63,568 bases of DNA, filler included, from Octopus bimaculoides (GCF_001194135.2; 6 parts of 5 records of this genome joined end to end with filler, not necessarily neighbours in it), one strand, 5' to 3'. Counted from the whole stretch's first letter, positions 1-12,451 are shown. The notes: generated by a model from the letters alone, not told the origin. Numbers and translations are program-made.

Positions 1-225
1 GTACGTGTGTGTGTGTGTATGTGTGTGTGTGTAAGGTAAGACAGTATGGCTTTATGTATGTATGTGCGTGTCTGTGAAGAACGCTCCTGCGTTTGCTTAT
101 GTATATGCTTGTAGATAACCGTACATATATAAGAGAATGTATTGCAAGAATATACATGGAGATTGTCAGTGTTTGTGAATGGATTGGGTTATATTAGTAT
201 CTTACCTCATATGTGTGACTGCGTT

Positions 226-420
226 GAGGCGTGTGGCTGAGTGTTTAGGGGTGTTGAACTCGTGATCTTAAGGTTGTCGTTTCGATACCTGGATCGGGCG
301 ATGCGATGTGTTTTTGAGCAAAACACTTCATTTCACGTTGCTCTACTTCACTCAGCTAGCAAAAATATATAGTGACGTCGCAACAGGCCTGCTAAGGCGG
401 CGATAGATGGTGAACTGCCT
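226..420 (+). mobile_element. tRNA-derived SINE, head/core type H
   Basis: A-box-like TGGCTGAGTGTTTAG and B-box-like GTTTCGATACC, then core TTGCTCTACTTCACTCAGCTAGCAAAAAT; homologous to 6335-6590 (-) and 14704-14845 (+). Confidence 0.85.
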
Positions 421-659
421 AAAAAACAAGCAGGTGTTGGGTATGTGTGATTGCGTTTGTTTAGTGTTTGCATGTGAGGCATTGTACATTTGTTGCATCA
501 GTCTGCGCATGTGTTTATTTAGAGGCAGTGGTGACCCTACCCAGCCATGACCGCGTAATTATTGTAATCATATGCATTATAGTAATCCATGAAATATGTT
601 TGAGACGAAGATAGAAATGGTGAGGTGCAGTATCGATTGCGGTTCCCAATTCATTGGGA

Positions 660-1010
660 AAAGTTTCATTAAGGAGTGACATGAACCACCATCACAACAA
701 ATATAATGAGTACATTAACAATTACAACAACATCTACTGCCATTACCACAGCAAGTATAGTAACTACAGAAACGGCAATAATAATAACAACACCATTGCC
801 ATCATTATCATAATTACAATGAATCAGTATAACAACAATAACAGCACCACAAACTGCACCACCACGAGCATAACAAGCAGCGTAACCACAACAACACCAT
901 TACCGTCATCATCATAACATACATAAACATTATAACAGCTGCAACAACACCAGCACCATCATCACAACATAAACAACTACCACAATATCAACAACATTGT
1001 GAAACAAGTG
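660..1010. repeat. Degenerate (AAC/ACC/ATC)n trinucleotide low-complexity tract
   Basis: Visible AAC/ACC-rich repeats; they explain the N/T/H-rich ORF 654..917. Confidence 0.9.
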
Positions 1011-1129
1011 AAAATCACTTTGGTAACCACGTAATGACAACAATAGCAACATCATTAAACAAACTATTTTCATCGCTTCCCACAATACCCACACCTTCAG
1101 TCATCATTTCCGGCTACGCGCAGTGGCTT

Positions 1130-1258
1130 GATCACATACAACTGTTAAAAAAAGAAGAGAGGGGATAGTTAATCTAGTCCAGGATACACTACAACACGGA
1201 AACAAGATGTGATGGTCATGGTTAGAATGTCTTTAATTGTAGGTGCGTTTGACCAAGG
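1130..1258 (+). repeat. Unclassified dispersed repeat family G (fragment)
   Basis: GATGTGATGGTCATGGTTAGAATGTCTTT matches motifs at 30995-31030, 58188-58215 and (reverse) 11385-11410. Confidence 0.55.
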
Positions 1259-1514
1259 TCGAACTATATTTTTTAATCAGAGTAGGAAGGGCGATGCTAT
1301 TGACTATACTTTTAAAGTACCTCCGTTCACCAACTTAACGACTGTGTCCAATATCCAATGACTCAGGATATAAATAAACAAACAAGCAAACGAATGAATG
1401 GATAAATAAATAAATAAATAAATACATGGAAGACACACCGTACATCATAGCGCCTCGGCCGACGGTCTGTTTAATAATTCTGCCAATAAAATAAGCTACT
1501 ACCTCTACTCTGAG

Positions 1515-1650
1515 GTGGTAACTTTTTTTATCGACCTCGAAACGACGAAGGGCGAAGATGTCGGCGAAATTTAAATTTAGAGCGTCGATAACCGCAACAA
1601 ACACCTCATGGCTCATTTCCTGCGCTCTAATGTCTAAGCCAACTCGCTGG
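1515..1650 (-). mobile_element. SINE family A, old copy
   Basis: Reverse complement reads CCAGCGAGTTGGC...TTTAAATTTCGCCGA...TTTCGAGGTCGATAAAAAGTTACC, matching the copy at 3833-4045. Confidence 0.7.
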
Positions 1651-1923
1651 ATTAAATAACAACAACAGCAACTTCACACTGATCGTGCCCGAAAATTATA
1701 TTAAGTGTATGCGTACCGGTGGACTACTGAGTCACTAAGTTGACTCATTGTCGTAAAAAGTATGAAAGTAATTTGTTCTAAAAAATGAAAGCAAAATGCG
1801 ATAGAAATAGGAAGTGATAATAGTGACATATCAAGATTTCTTAAAAAGAACATAATTATGCCACGTCCACAGGTACGCATATGTATGGTGGATTCTATTA
1901 ATACATTTAGTATTTCAGAAATA

Positions 1924-2137
1924 CAAAGGGGTACTGAAAAGTTCCTGGCTTTCGGTAAAAGAAAATACAGGAAGATCAGCTAATTAGGATTTTATTGAAC
2001 ATATTTCCCTCTCAGATGCACACTCATTGCAGCGGTCCTTCAGTTTTACTAAGACCTGTAAAAGAACTCGGGAGGTTGGGCTTCCAACCAGGCTTTCACG
2101 ATACCCTTAAAGCTTGGAAGTTTTCAGCAGCCCCTCG
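1924..2137. mobile_element. Mariner-derived MITE (Hsmar2/irritans-like TIR)
   Basis: TIRs CAAAGGGGTACTGAAAAGTTCC / GGAAGTTTTCAGCAGCCCCTCG, flanked by TA at 1922-1923 and 2138-2139. The internal minus strand resembles a mariner transposase C-terminus. Second copy at 40726-40912. Confidence 0.85.
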
Positions 2138-3681
2138 TAGCAGCTGAGGTACACCGTTCCAATGTACTATATTCAGCAATGAACACCACTGAGAAGGCTA
2201 TTCTGTGGTTTGCATTTTGATGCATGATAGCCAAAGCAGTTACATGTGAGCAAAGCAGAATCCTACACCATTCATGAGCTGCAGAGAAAACTAACAGGAA
2301 TCGGTGGCATTGTTCCTGTGGGTTCTCTCGGACTCTACGAGTCCATTCCTTTCTTGAGAAGAGCTACTTGCTTCTATCAATAATAATTCATCTAATGTAG
2401 ATGTGGTTAAGAGACTGTCACTTAGATGGTTTACACGAAACCATGAGATGTCACTGTTGTCCCTTCTGGCTTCTAACGTAATTTACTTTGAGTTTTTTTA
2501 GGACAGTTTACTTTCACGTTTTTTTACGACACTAGACTGCATGTTAACCTACCGTGTGTCATATGTGTGTATGCGATTGTATATAGCAGTGATTATATGA
2601 AATCTGTGTGCGTGTGATTGGATGTCTGCATGTATATTTATTCTTTGATTTATGCCTGTGTGAATGTTTGCACGTATGTATGTATGTATGTATGTACCTA
2701 TGTATACGCGCATGTACGTATGTATGTATGTATGTATGTATGTATGTATGTATGTATGTATGTATGTATGCTTGCATGTATTTGTATATTTATGTATGTA
2801 TGTATGCTTGTGATTGTGTGCGCATATAAACTTGTAGGAATATACTTCAATATGTGTGTGTGTGTGTGTATTTAAAAGTGTGTCTTTGAATGTATGTAGA
2901 GGTATGAATGTGTCTGGGTGTATGTTTGAGGGTGTGTATGTCTAGTGCTGCGTTGTGTATTTGTTATCTTTGTGTGTATGTATACAATAACTTTGTACGC
3001 GTGGTAATGTGTGTATAGTAAAATGTGTGTGTGTGTATATGTGTGTGTNNNNNNNNNNGTATTTGTTATCTTTGTGTGTATGTATACAATAACTTTGTAC
3101 GCGTGGTAATGTGTGTATAGTAAAATGTGTGTGTGTGTATATGTGTGTGTGTATATATGTGTGTGTGTATATGTGTGTGTGTATGTGTGAGTGTGTATAT
3201 GTGTGTGTGTGTGTGTAGCATATTAATCTTTGTTCTGTGTATGCGTACCATTGTGAGAATGAGAGTAAGACAAACATATGACTCAAATCAGTGTTTTGTT
3301 TTCCGTCTTCTTCGTGAACAATAGCAGAGTAACACACCTGTGCGAGTGCGTGTGTATATGTATGTCTCTGTGTGTGTGCTTCCGTGTGCTTCGGATACAC
3401 ATGCATACACGTATACATACACACGCACATATATTTAAATATTAATAACCGTGAGGCTCTCAGCCCAAGGACTAAGATGAGTCATACGACAAAGAACTCA
3501 GTACATTTTAAAATATGGAGTAAAATTTATCAAATGTTTTATTTTTCCTAAATATTTTTTATACAACTCTTCTAGTGAAGTGAGAATGGATACAGCTGTA
3601 TCTCGCTTGAAGCGCTGTTTTCTTGGATAATATTAATGGATAATTAAACTGAATGGTATCTATTTTTGCTATGACTTCGTC

Positions 3682-4166
3682 CAGTGGTTCTCAACCTGGG
3701 TTCATTTCGCCCTTTGGGGTCTGTATAAGATTTTGTTTTTAAAATTTATGTGAAATAAATTGGTTGTACTTCTACAATACAAAGAATATTAATTTTTTTT
3801 TTAATGCAATTTCTAATCATATTTAATTATAAAAGGGTGGCGAGCTGGCGGAATCTTTAGCACGCTGGGTAAAATGCTTGGCGGTATTTCTGCTCTTTAT
3901 GTTCTGAGTTCAAATTCCGCCGAAGTCGACTTTGCATTTCATCCTTTTGAGGTCGATGAAATAAGTACCAGTTGAGCACTGGAGTCAATTTAATCAACCT
4001 ATCCCTCCCCCCAAATTGCTGGCATTGTGCCAAAACTTGAAAGTGATATTTAATTATAATAATATACGATTTTTCAAACATCGAATGGCTTTGAGGGTCC
4101 ATCCGAGTAAAAGAGAAACCAAAGAGTCTCAGGTAAAAAAGAAAAAAAGGTGGTTGCGAACCACTG
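3682..4166. mobile_element. hAT (Charlie-like) MITE interrupted by a SINE
   Basis: TIRs CAGTGGTTCTCAACC / GGTTGCGAACCACTG; 8-bp flanks ACTTCGTC / GCTTAGAC (5/8, decayed TSD); internal sequence matches 36310-36532. Confidence 0.8.
3833..4045 (+). mobile_element. SINE family A, full length with TSD
   Basis: GGTGGCGAGCTGGCGGAA head, GTTCAAATTCC B-box, central TTTCATCCTTTTGAGGTCGATGAAATAAGTACC; 14-bp direct repeat ATATTTAATTATAA at 3819-3832 and 4046-4059. Confidence 0.9.
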
Positions 4167-5236
4167 GCTTAGACAAAGAGGGATATAATCTAAGACCAGT
4201 TTTTGGTTCTGCTCCACTGGTTGTAGGAAGGAAAGAAGTTCTCAGATTAGCGACCTAGCACAATGTGTGCAATCCAATTGAAGGCTCCCAGATGCTAGGT
4301 GATGGTGTTACACCAGATATGAGATTAAGTCTGTCTCTTCAGGACAGGATTGCTCCTTCTGGCGGGCTTTTACATAGCTTCCGTCAATCAATGTTTACTC
4401 ACAACTCGTTGGTCTTTACGCGGCTATGACAGGAGACATCCACAAAGTCGAGTATCGGCGTTGAATCCGAAGCCACAGAGTTGCAGACCAAAGTGTTTAA
4501 AGAACACGACCATGCTTACACCCATTATTGTGGGCCGAAAGGACAAATTTCCCTGGAGGCACCAATGTTGTTTTACACATCTTGAGGAAGAATAGCATCA
4601 GGTGATGCGGAAATAGGTGTGATCTCAAGTAAAGAGCTGGTATTTGGAATATCCAGCCGTTCTCTCTGGAAAACAGGTGTATCTCCCTCAAATCACCCGC
4701 TATGAGATGGATATAGAAGGTGAAACGGAGTTGTACAGCCAGCTGTACAAATGCAAAATTAGAGAAAATGGAGGTATCAGTTAACGAAATTTTGGGAATG
4801 TTTCTGTAATGACAAATTCTACTATTTCCTTCTTAAATTCCTCTTGAATGTCTCTCTTTCTTTTCTCTCTCACCCTCTCCTCTCATTTCTTTCGCTTATG
4901 GGAATAATGAAAATCAGTGAAAATGAAAGTCATATATGAAGAGAAAGGGGGTAAGAGGGTTAGTGACAGATAGAGAGATAATGCGAGGATGCTGTGTAAT
5001 AAAGATAGTAGCTGCTTAATTATATTCAAATAAACACTTCGTTGTAGAACCCTTCTTGAGTGATAATTCAAATAAAACTCTACTGCCTCATATAATGGTT
5101 TCAGCAATGAAACTAGTAAAAGATTATTATCTTAAAAAACTATAAATATAGAATTATCTAACTGTCAAACAATTAGATATAAAACCCCCGTTCCCAAATA
5201 CAGAACTCCTCTTTGTATAAATATAGACGGACAGTA

Positions 5237-5561
5237 TATAAATAGCAACGATTACTGATGTTTTCTTAAGGTACCCTAATTGAAGACTTCTTTTGACAAT
5301 GTATCACTGGTCACTCTTACTGCACGCACTAGTACCACCAGTAAGATAAAGAAATCAAATATGTCTTTTATATAAGCGTAGACGTCGACATAAGTAACTT
5401 AAACATCTTCAATGAAAGAAGAATATTGTCTATTAATAAAATTCGAGTTCAACGACCACACCTAAACAAAGACTAACTTAGCAAACAACCATGGAGGTGT
5501 TTGACTACTCTTTATATGAATATATAATATATATATGTGTGTGTGCGTGTGTACATATATG

Positions 5562-5619
<58 letters not shown>

Positions 5620-5773
5620 TGGATATATATGTATATATGCATATATATATATATATATACACACACATATGTATTTATAAATAGCAATAATTACTGATGT
5701 TTTCTAAAGGGACCCTAATTGAAAACCTCTTTTGACAATGTATCACTGGTCACCCTTATTGCACGCACTAGTA
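5237..5773 (+). repeat. Local direct duplication of a 98-bp segment (5237-5334 and 5676-5773)
   Basis: TATAAATAGCAA...GACAATGTATCACTGGTCAC...GCACGCACTAGTA occurs twice with few substitutions. Confidence 0.9.
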
Positions 5774-6055
5774 TATATATATGTGTGTATATATATATGC
5801 ATATATATATATACACACATATATATTTATCCCTAAAAATAAATGTATGTATGCATGAAGCGTGTGTACGGACGAAATGATGGATGTGGTTTGTGTGTGT
5901 GCGTGTGTGTGTTCGTGTATACATATGTGAGTCAGACAGAAACTAGACATTTATGTGGCAGTATGACCACCCAGATAAATTCAAATTCTCTCAAAGTACA
6001 TGTATGAAAATTTGCATGCATGTATATGCGTGTATAAACACACACACACACACAC

Positions 6056-6086
<31 letters not shown>

Positions 6087-6334
6087 TATATATGCTTAAG
6101 TGCAAAGTTAAAGGTCTGAGAATATTTTGCAATACACTTATCTTTCTAATTTTTTTAAATTGGGAAATTTAAGAATTATATATCAGATTTACAAATGAAC
6201 TTGAATGTAACGGACGAAACTCTCGGCTCATGTCTTACTTATGTAGCACAATTTTTTTGCCTATTGAGTTCTATTTCGCGTTTGTTCTACCAAACACGCA
6301 AATACACGCACAGAAAAAAGATTACACACATTGT

Positions 6335-6590
6335 ATAATTTTTAAAAATCCTTCTCGAATCATGTCGCCCATAAGGCCGGTTTCACGTATTCTGTGGCGT
6401 CTATATTCTCCAGGAGGAGAATATAGACGCCGGTCCGTCGAAGGATTACTCATTTTTATAAGTTGTGTGAAGTAAAGCAACGTGAAATGAAGTGTTTTGC
6501 TCAAGAACACAACGCGTCGCCCGGTCCAGGAATCGAAACGACAATCTTAAGATCATGAGACCAACGCCATAATCACTAAGCTATGCACCA
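6335..6590 (-). mobile_element. tRNA-derived SINE, head/core type H
   Basis: GCAACGTGAAATGAAGTGTTTTGCTCAAGAACAC...CCAGGAATCGAAAC is the reverse complement of the 226-420 head/core. Confidence 0.85.
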
Positions 6591-6779
6591 CCACTATCAC
6601 ATATATAATTAATAGAGTAGAATTTCAATAGCATATAATATTATAAACTAAGAACCAAGTGTGTCTTAGTAAAGTTATCGGAGTGTTTCAGTTACACTAG
6701 ACATTTCGAAGGAGAAAGTATGACCAGACAGTCATCAGATATGACTGAGCAGAATTGTATAGCCAGACGCGCGCGCACG

Positions 6780-6854
<75 letters not shown>

Positions 6855-6856
<2 letters not shown>

Positions 6857-7465
6857 GGAGCCTTTACAAAGATCCTCGAACGCTTCCATCAGAGATGTCT
6901 GAGACACATCCTGAATGTTGGCTGGACCTTAAAAACTCCAGATACACAGATCCTAAAGAAAGCTGATATCCTGAGTACTGAAGCGATGGTGCACAGACAC
7001 CAGTTACGTTGGACTGGACACCTTGTTAGAATGAATGATAGCAGGATCCTTAAACAGATGCTATATGGAGAACTTGTTAGTAGAAAGTGACCCCGGAAGA
7101 AGCTAATACTGCGATTTAAGGATTGTGTAAAATCTTCATTAAAGGCCTGTGAAATGCAGGAAGTTGACTGCTAGAGAAATGCTTGTCATTGCTACAGATG
7201 GAGGAAACAGGTAAAGGAGGGAGTCGATACCTTTGGAAGTGCACGTATTCTTCACGATGAATTTAAGCGTGCTGCTCGAAAACGCACTGCTAGTGTAATG
7301 AATGGGGAAAGCTTGGTCTGCAATGTTTGCAGTCGTATATGTTTGTCAAGAGCAGGGCTCGTTAGTCACCAACGGAGCCGCAAGTGTAAAGTATAAGGTA
7401 GTCTTGAGCACACAATGTTCCTAAAGATCAGTAATTGCTTTTCTCGATTACGAGTGGACGGCCAT

Positions 7466-7468
<3 letters not shown>
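6855..7468 (+). mobile_element. RTE-clade LINE 3' fragment (post-RT region, C-terminal C2H2 finger, 3' end), pseudogenised
   Basis: LERFHQRCLRHIL...LRWTGHLVRMNDSRILKQMLYGEL, continuing through stops to CNVCSRICLSRAGLVSHQRS; ends GGACGGCCATCAT before (CA)n. These are typical RTE ORF C-terminal motifs. Confidence 0.9.
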
Positions 7469-7517
<49 letters not shown>

Positions 7518-7527
7518 NNNNNNNNNN

Positions 7528-7581
<54 letters not shown>

Positions 7582-8050
7582 CGGAGCTAGATACATGCTG
7601 TCGCTACAGTGACTAACGAGAACAACAGTCGCATTTCGACTTCCTTGTCAATCCCGTGTACCTGATTGAACGAAATTCATGCTTTCATACACAGGAAACA
7701 ATGAGTAAAACATTCTCTAGTATTCCGGAAGACTGCCGGGCTAGCATGACCATCTTAACCATCGCTCTATAGCTTGTTGTTCTGCATCTCTAGAATTTAA
7801 GAGTGAAGCCTAACAGATTTTAAGTAACAAGAAAAAATTATCAGTCGCCCTCATTTCATAGGTGGTAGCGATGAGTCGATTAGTTTAAACCAGTTTTCCA
7901 TTAATATTTTGGTTGAGACTAAGAACATTTCATATTAATCAGAATGGTGGTTACAAGTGCGCGACTGATATGGGTACGAAATTTATGAGTAACTTTTCCT
8001 GTTTCTATGTCCTGGATTAGTGCTCGGAACTATTTTGTATAATTTATATA

Positions 8051-8205
8051 CAGGCATGGCTATGTGTTTACAAAGCTCGCTTTGTAACAATGTAGTTTGG
8101 GGTTCAGACCCACAGCGCGGCACTTTAGACAAATGTCTTATGTCGCAATTGACCAATCTCTTGTGAATTAATTTGGTGTACAGAAACTGTGTGGAAGCTC
8201 GTCTC
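8051..8205 (+). mobile_element. SINE family B head (diverged)
   Basis: CAGGCATGGCTATGTG...GGGTTCAGACCCACAGCGCGGCACTTTAGACAAATGTCTT matches 52570-52730. Confidence 0.75.
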
Positions 8206-8710
8206 ACGCACAGCCACACGCACGCACGCACGCACGCACGCACGCATACACACACATAAACACGTATATTTATATATGCAAAAAGTGCCTGAAGAAGTAT
8301 GCATGTCGAATTAAGGGGCTCCTATAGAACCCATGGATATTGTAAACAATATTTAATAATAGCCTATGGATATGGTGATCCCAAATAGATACATGTAGTA
8401 TTGAACTTATGTAGCTATGTATGTATTTAAGTACGTACGTCTGCACGTATGTACGTATGTATGTATGCATGCATGTATGTATGTATGTATGTATGTATGT
8501 ATGTATGTATGTATGTACATGTGTGTCTTTGTGTGTGTCCCCTCCTTACCGCTCTACAACTGCGGTCGATTTGTTCCATCACAAACTCATCAAGGTTTTG
8601 CCCCAACATGGCAGTAATCTAATGATTGAAACAATTGCAAGATAAAAGATACATTGTTTATAACTAATTCCAGTCTATGAAACTGTTGATACCAATATAA
8701 GCACGCGTGT

Positions 8711-8762
<52 letters not shown>

Positions 8763-9288
8763 TCTCTCTCTCTCCCTCTCACACACACACACACATACAT
8801 ACGCGTACGTACACGAACATACACATACACTCACACGCACTTAAGCTGCATGCACAAACCGTTTACTTATATGTTAATGTATATATTACGTATATAAGAT
8901 GTATTCGTTGAGGGCGTACATTTGAAGAACACATGTGTAAGAACAATGTTTTTTTTTCTACAATAAAGTAGTTTAAGGCCTGTTAGTCGCATGTATAAGC
9001 GTGTGAGCGAAGCGGCGGCGTGTGAGCGAAGCGGCGGCGTGTGATTAACGTCTTCACCTCCCCTTCTTTAAAGGAATCTCCTTGTTTTTATTTTTCTCTA
9101 CATGTTTATCTCACTCCTACCCCACCTCTCTCTCTCTGCTCCTTTCTTTATATTCATTACATCTCTCTTTGTATATCTATCTGTTTATGTGTGCGTTTTC
9201 ACGCCACTCTCCTTATCCTGTGCCCGTGTGCTTACCTGCTTTTCTGTCACACTTCGCTCTCCTCCTCTTTCACACACTTCTCTCCCTG

Positions 9289-9335
<47 letters not shown>

Positions 9336-9831
9336 NNNNNNNNNNNNNNNNNNNNNNNNNNNNNNNNNNNNNNNNNNNNNNNNNNNNNNNNNNNNNNNNN
9401 NNNNNNNNNNNNNNNNNNNNNNNNNNNNNNNNNNNNNNNNNNNNNNNNNNNNNNNNNNNNNNNNNNNNNNNNNNNNNNNNNNNNNNNNNNNNNNNNNNNN
9501 NNNNNNNNNNNNNNNNNNNNNNNNNNNNNNNNNNNNNNNNNNNNNNNNNNNNNNNNNNNNNNNNNNNNNNNNNNNNNNNNNNNNNNNNNNNNNNNNNNNN
9601 NNNNNNNNNNNNNNNNNNNNNNNNNNNNNNNNNNNNNNNNNNNNNNNNNNNNNNNNNNNNNNNNNNNNNNNNNNNNNNNNNNNNNNNNNNNNNNNNNNNN
9701 NNNNNNNNNNNNNNNNNNNNNNNNNNNNNNNNNNNNNNNNNNNNNNNNNNNNNNNNNNNNNNNNNNNNNNNNNNNNNNNNNNNNNNNNNNNNNNNNNNNN
9801 NNNNNNNNNNNNNNNNNNNNNNNNNNNNNNN

Positions 9832-9869
<38 letters not shown>

Positions 9870-10000
9870 GAGAATATACAAATAATAACAACAGACGAGG
9901 ACAGGTGGTGTAAATAACAAAAGTATATATTAGTATGACGCTCGGGAATACGGAAAGTCTTTGACGTTTCGAGCTACGCTCTTCAACAGAAAGAATACGG
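9870..10000 (-). mobile_element. Penelope-like terminal-repeat fragment with hammerhead-like fold (9958-9994)
   Basis: Homologous to 53075-53250; minus strand reads TCTTT CTGTTGA A GAGC GTA GCTC GAAAC GTC AAAGA. The PLE assignment is inferred from this motif. Confidence 0.6.
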
Positions 10001-10736
10001 AGTATGTGAGTATATGCATATATACGTACATATATGTACATATATGCATATATACGTACATATATGTACATACCTACATCTACATGTATATATAGATGCA
10101 TATATGGGTACAGGACATAAAAAAAAACGTGGACAAAATGAAAAACAGAACATAAGCAGAGTACAGAAAACACACACACATAGAGAGAGGGGAGGGAGAG
10201 AGAGAGAGAGAGAGAGGGGGGAGACAGATAGAGATAGAGATAGAGAGAGAGAGAGTGAGAGAGAAAGAGATAGAGATGTACATACATTATATATATGTGT
10301 GTATATATGTCTATTCATATATACATACATACATATATATATACATATACATAAACATACACACACACACACACATATATATATATACATAAACACACAC
10401 ACACACATATATATGTAGACATATATATATATATATGTGTGTGTGTATGTCCGTGTATGTGTATGCTGATGCGTGTGTTTGTGTAGACATTGATATACCT
10501 TGTATTTTGTTTTTACCTGTCTTTACTGTTATCTAATTATGACTGTCACGTTAACTGTGACGATAGTGATAGTGATGACGATGGTGATGAAGGTGGTGTT
10601 GTTATGGAGATAATGGTGTTGCTGATGCTGGTGGTGACTGTAGTGATCGCTCAAATACTGATGATTATAGTTGAGGGTCAAGTCGTGATATGAGCGGTCG
10701 AAGTTATCGTGGTGATAGCCGGGATCCTGTTGGCGG

Positions 10737-11275
10737 CTGTGGTGGTGATGATGGTGGTGGTGGTAGTGGTAGTGGCGGCGGCGGCGGCGGTGGTGGNNNN
10801 NNNNNNNNNNNNNNNNNNNNNNNNNNNNNNNNNNNNNNNNNNNNNNNNNNNNNNNNNNNNNNNNNNNNNNNNNNNNNNNNNNNNNNNNNNNNNNNNNNNN
10901 NNNNNNNNNNNNNNNNNNNNNNNNNNNNNNNNNNNNNNNNNNNNNNNNNNNNNNNNNNNNNNNNNNNNNNNNNNNNNNNNNNNNNNNNNNNNNNNNNNNN
11001 NNNNNNNNNNNNNNNNNNNNNNNNNNNNNNNNNNNNNNNNNNNNNNNNNNNNNNNNNNNNNNNNNNNNNNNNNNNNNNNNNNNNNNNGGTGGTGGTGGTG
11101 GTGTGGTAATGGTGCTGGTGCTGGTGCTGGTAGTAGTGATGGTGGAAGCTGTGGTGGAAGTAGTGGTAGTTGTGGTGGTGGTGGTGGTGATGGTAACGAT
11201 GGTCGTGGTGGTGGTGGTACTAGTGATACTAGTGATGATAGTTGTGGTGGTGGAGGCGGCGGTGGCGGTGGTGGT
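10737..11275. repeat. (GGT/GGC)n trinucleotide tract spanning a gap
   Basis: Visible repeat on both sides of the N run. Confidence 0.9.
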
Positions 11276-11334
11276 GTTTGCGAACGGTGTTGTGATTTGT
11301 AAACAAATATTGATGTTTTGCAGTTGTAGTTAGT

Positions 11335-11500
11335 CGTTGTTGCTATTTAACCCTTGGTCAGTCATAACCATGCAGATGTATGGTCTAAGTCTTTCTTGCC
11401 GTGACCATACCTTTCATTTTGATCTCATATATTTGGGACAACATTTGTTCAATGTTTCTCCTTTCTACTATCTCTAGCAGATCAAATGATCATGTAAAGC
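11335..11500 (-). repeat. Family G copy
   Basis: Reverse complement reads GGTATGGTCACGGCAAGAAAG...CTGACCAAGGGTTAAATAGCAACAAC, similar to 58190-58258. Confidence 0.5.
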
Positions 11501-12389
11501 CCCTCTCCTTGGCTTATCACGTTACCATAGTTGTTGTTTTGTTCCAGGCTGCCTTGATAAATTATTTAATGGGGGTGGTATTCACGGACATAATTGTGGT
11601 TTCCTTGTACCTGTTGTTATTGAGGTGATTCCATGGTTACAAGAGTGCAAGAAGTGGGACTGACTTTAAGGAATGGTGGTTAGGCAAGTGGAAGATGTAT
11701 TGGAATAGTTGTAGCATTGTGATCGAACATAATACCAGTAGTAGAAGTAGTAGTAATAGTAGTATCGGCAGCAGCAACAGCAACAGTAATAATAGTTGCA
11801 GTAATAGTAATAGTAAGAGTGACAGCAGCAGTAGCAGTAGTAGCAGCAGCTGTAGTAGTAATAGTAGTAGTAGTACTATTACTACTAGCATTAGTAATGG
11901 TAGCAGTGATAATAGTATTAATAGTAGTATGCATACACTCACGCATATATGCGCGCGCACACACACACATACACATACATACACATACCTATTTTATAAT
12001 AATTCTGCTTGTCGGTAACGCATTCACGTGATTAAAGAGAAAGAGGGAGAAAGAAAAGGTGGAGAGAGAAAAAGAGGGTGAGAGAAGCGTCCATGACATG
12101 ACGTAGAGGGAACGTTATTGTAACGCTTTTGCGTGATTAGCTGGAGCGAAAGAGAGAAGAAAAGAAAGAAAAAGGAGAGAGAAAAAGGATAAAGCGAAGA
12201 GTAAGGCAGAAATAGAGAGAAAGAAAAAGAGGGAGAGAGAAAAGACGGAAGGTGAAATGTACATGGCAAGTGGTAGAGGAACGTAATATTTATTACGTGG
12301 TTAAAAATATTAGTTGATGGTAGGGATATAGAAGAGAGTTAAGAATATAATTTTAGCAGAGGAGTGATGTTCTGATGGTGAGATTAAAG

Positions 12390-12451
<62 letters not shown>

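Noticed and set aside
2956-3150. Exact duplication of about 90 bp across a 10-N gap (also 13108-13170)
   Set aside because: Unmerged overlapping contig ends.
10690-11333. Gly-rich ORF resembling structural proteins
   Set aside because: A (GGT)n tract interrupted by a gap; the other frames give poly-Val.
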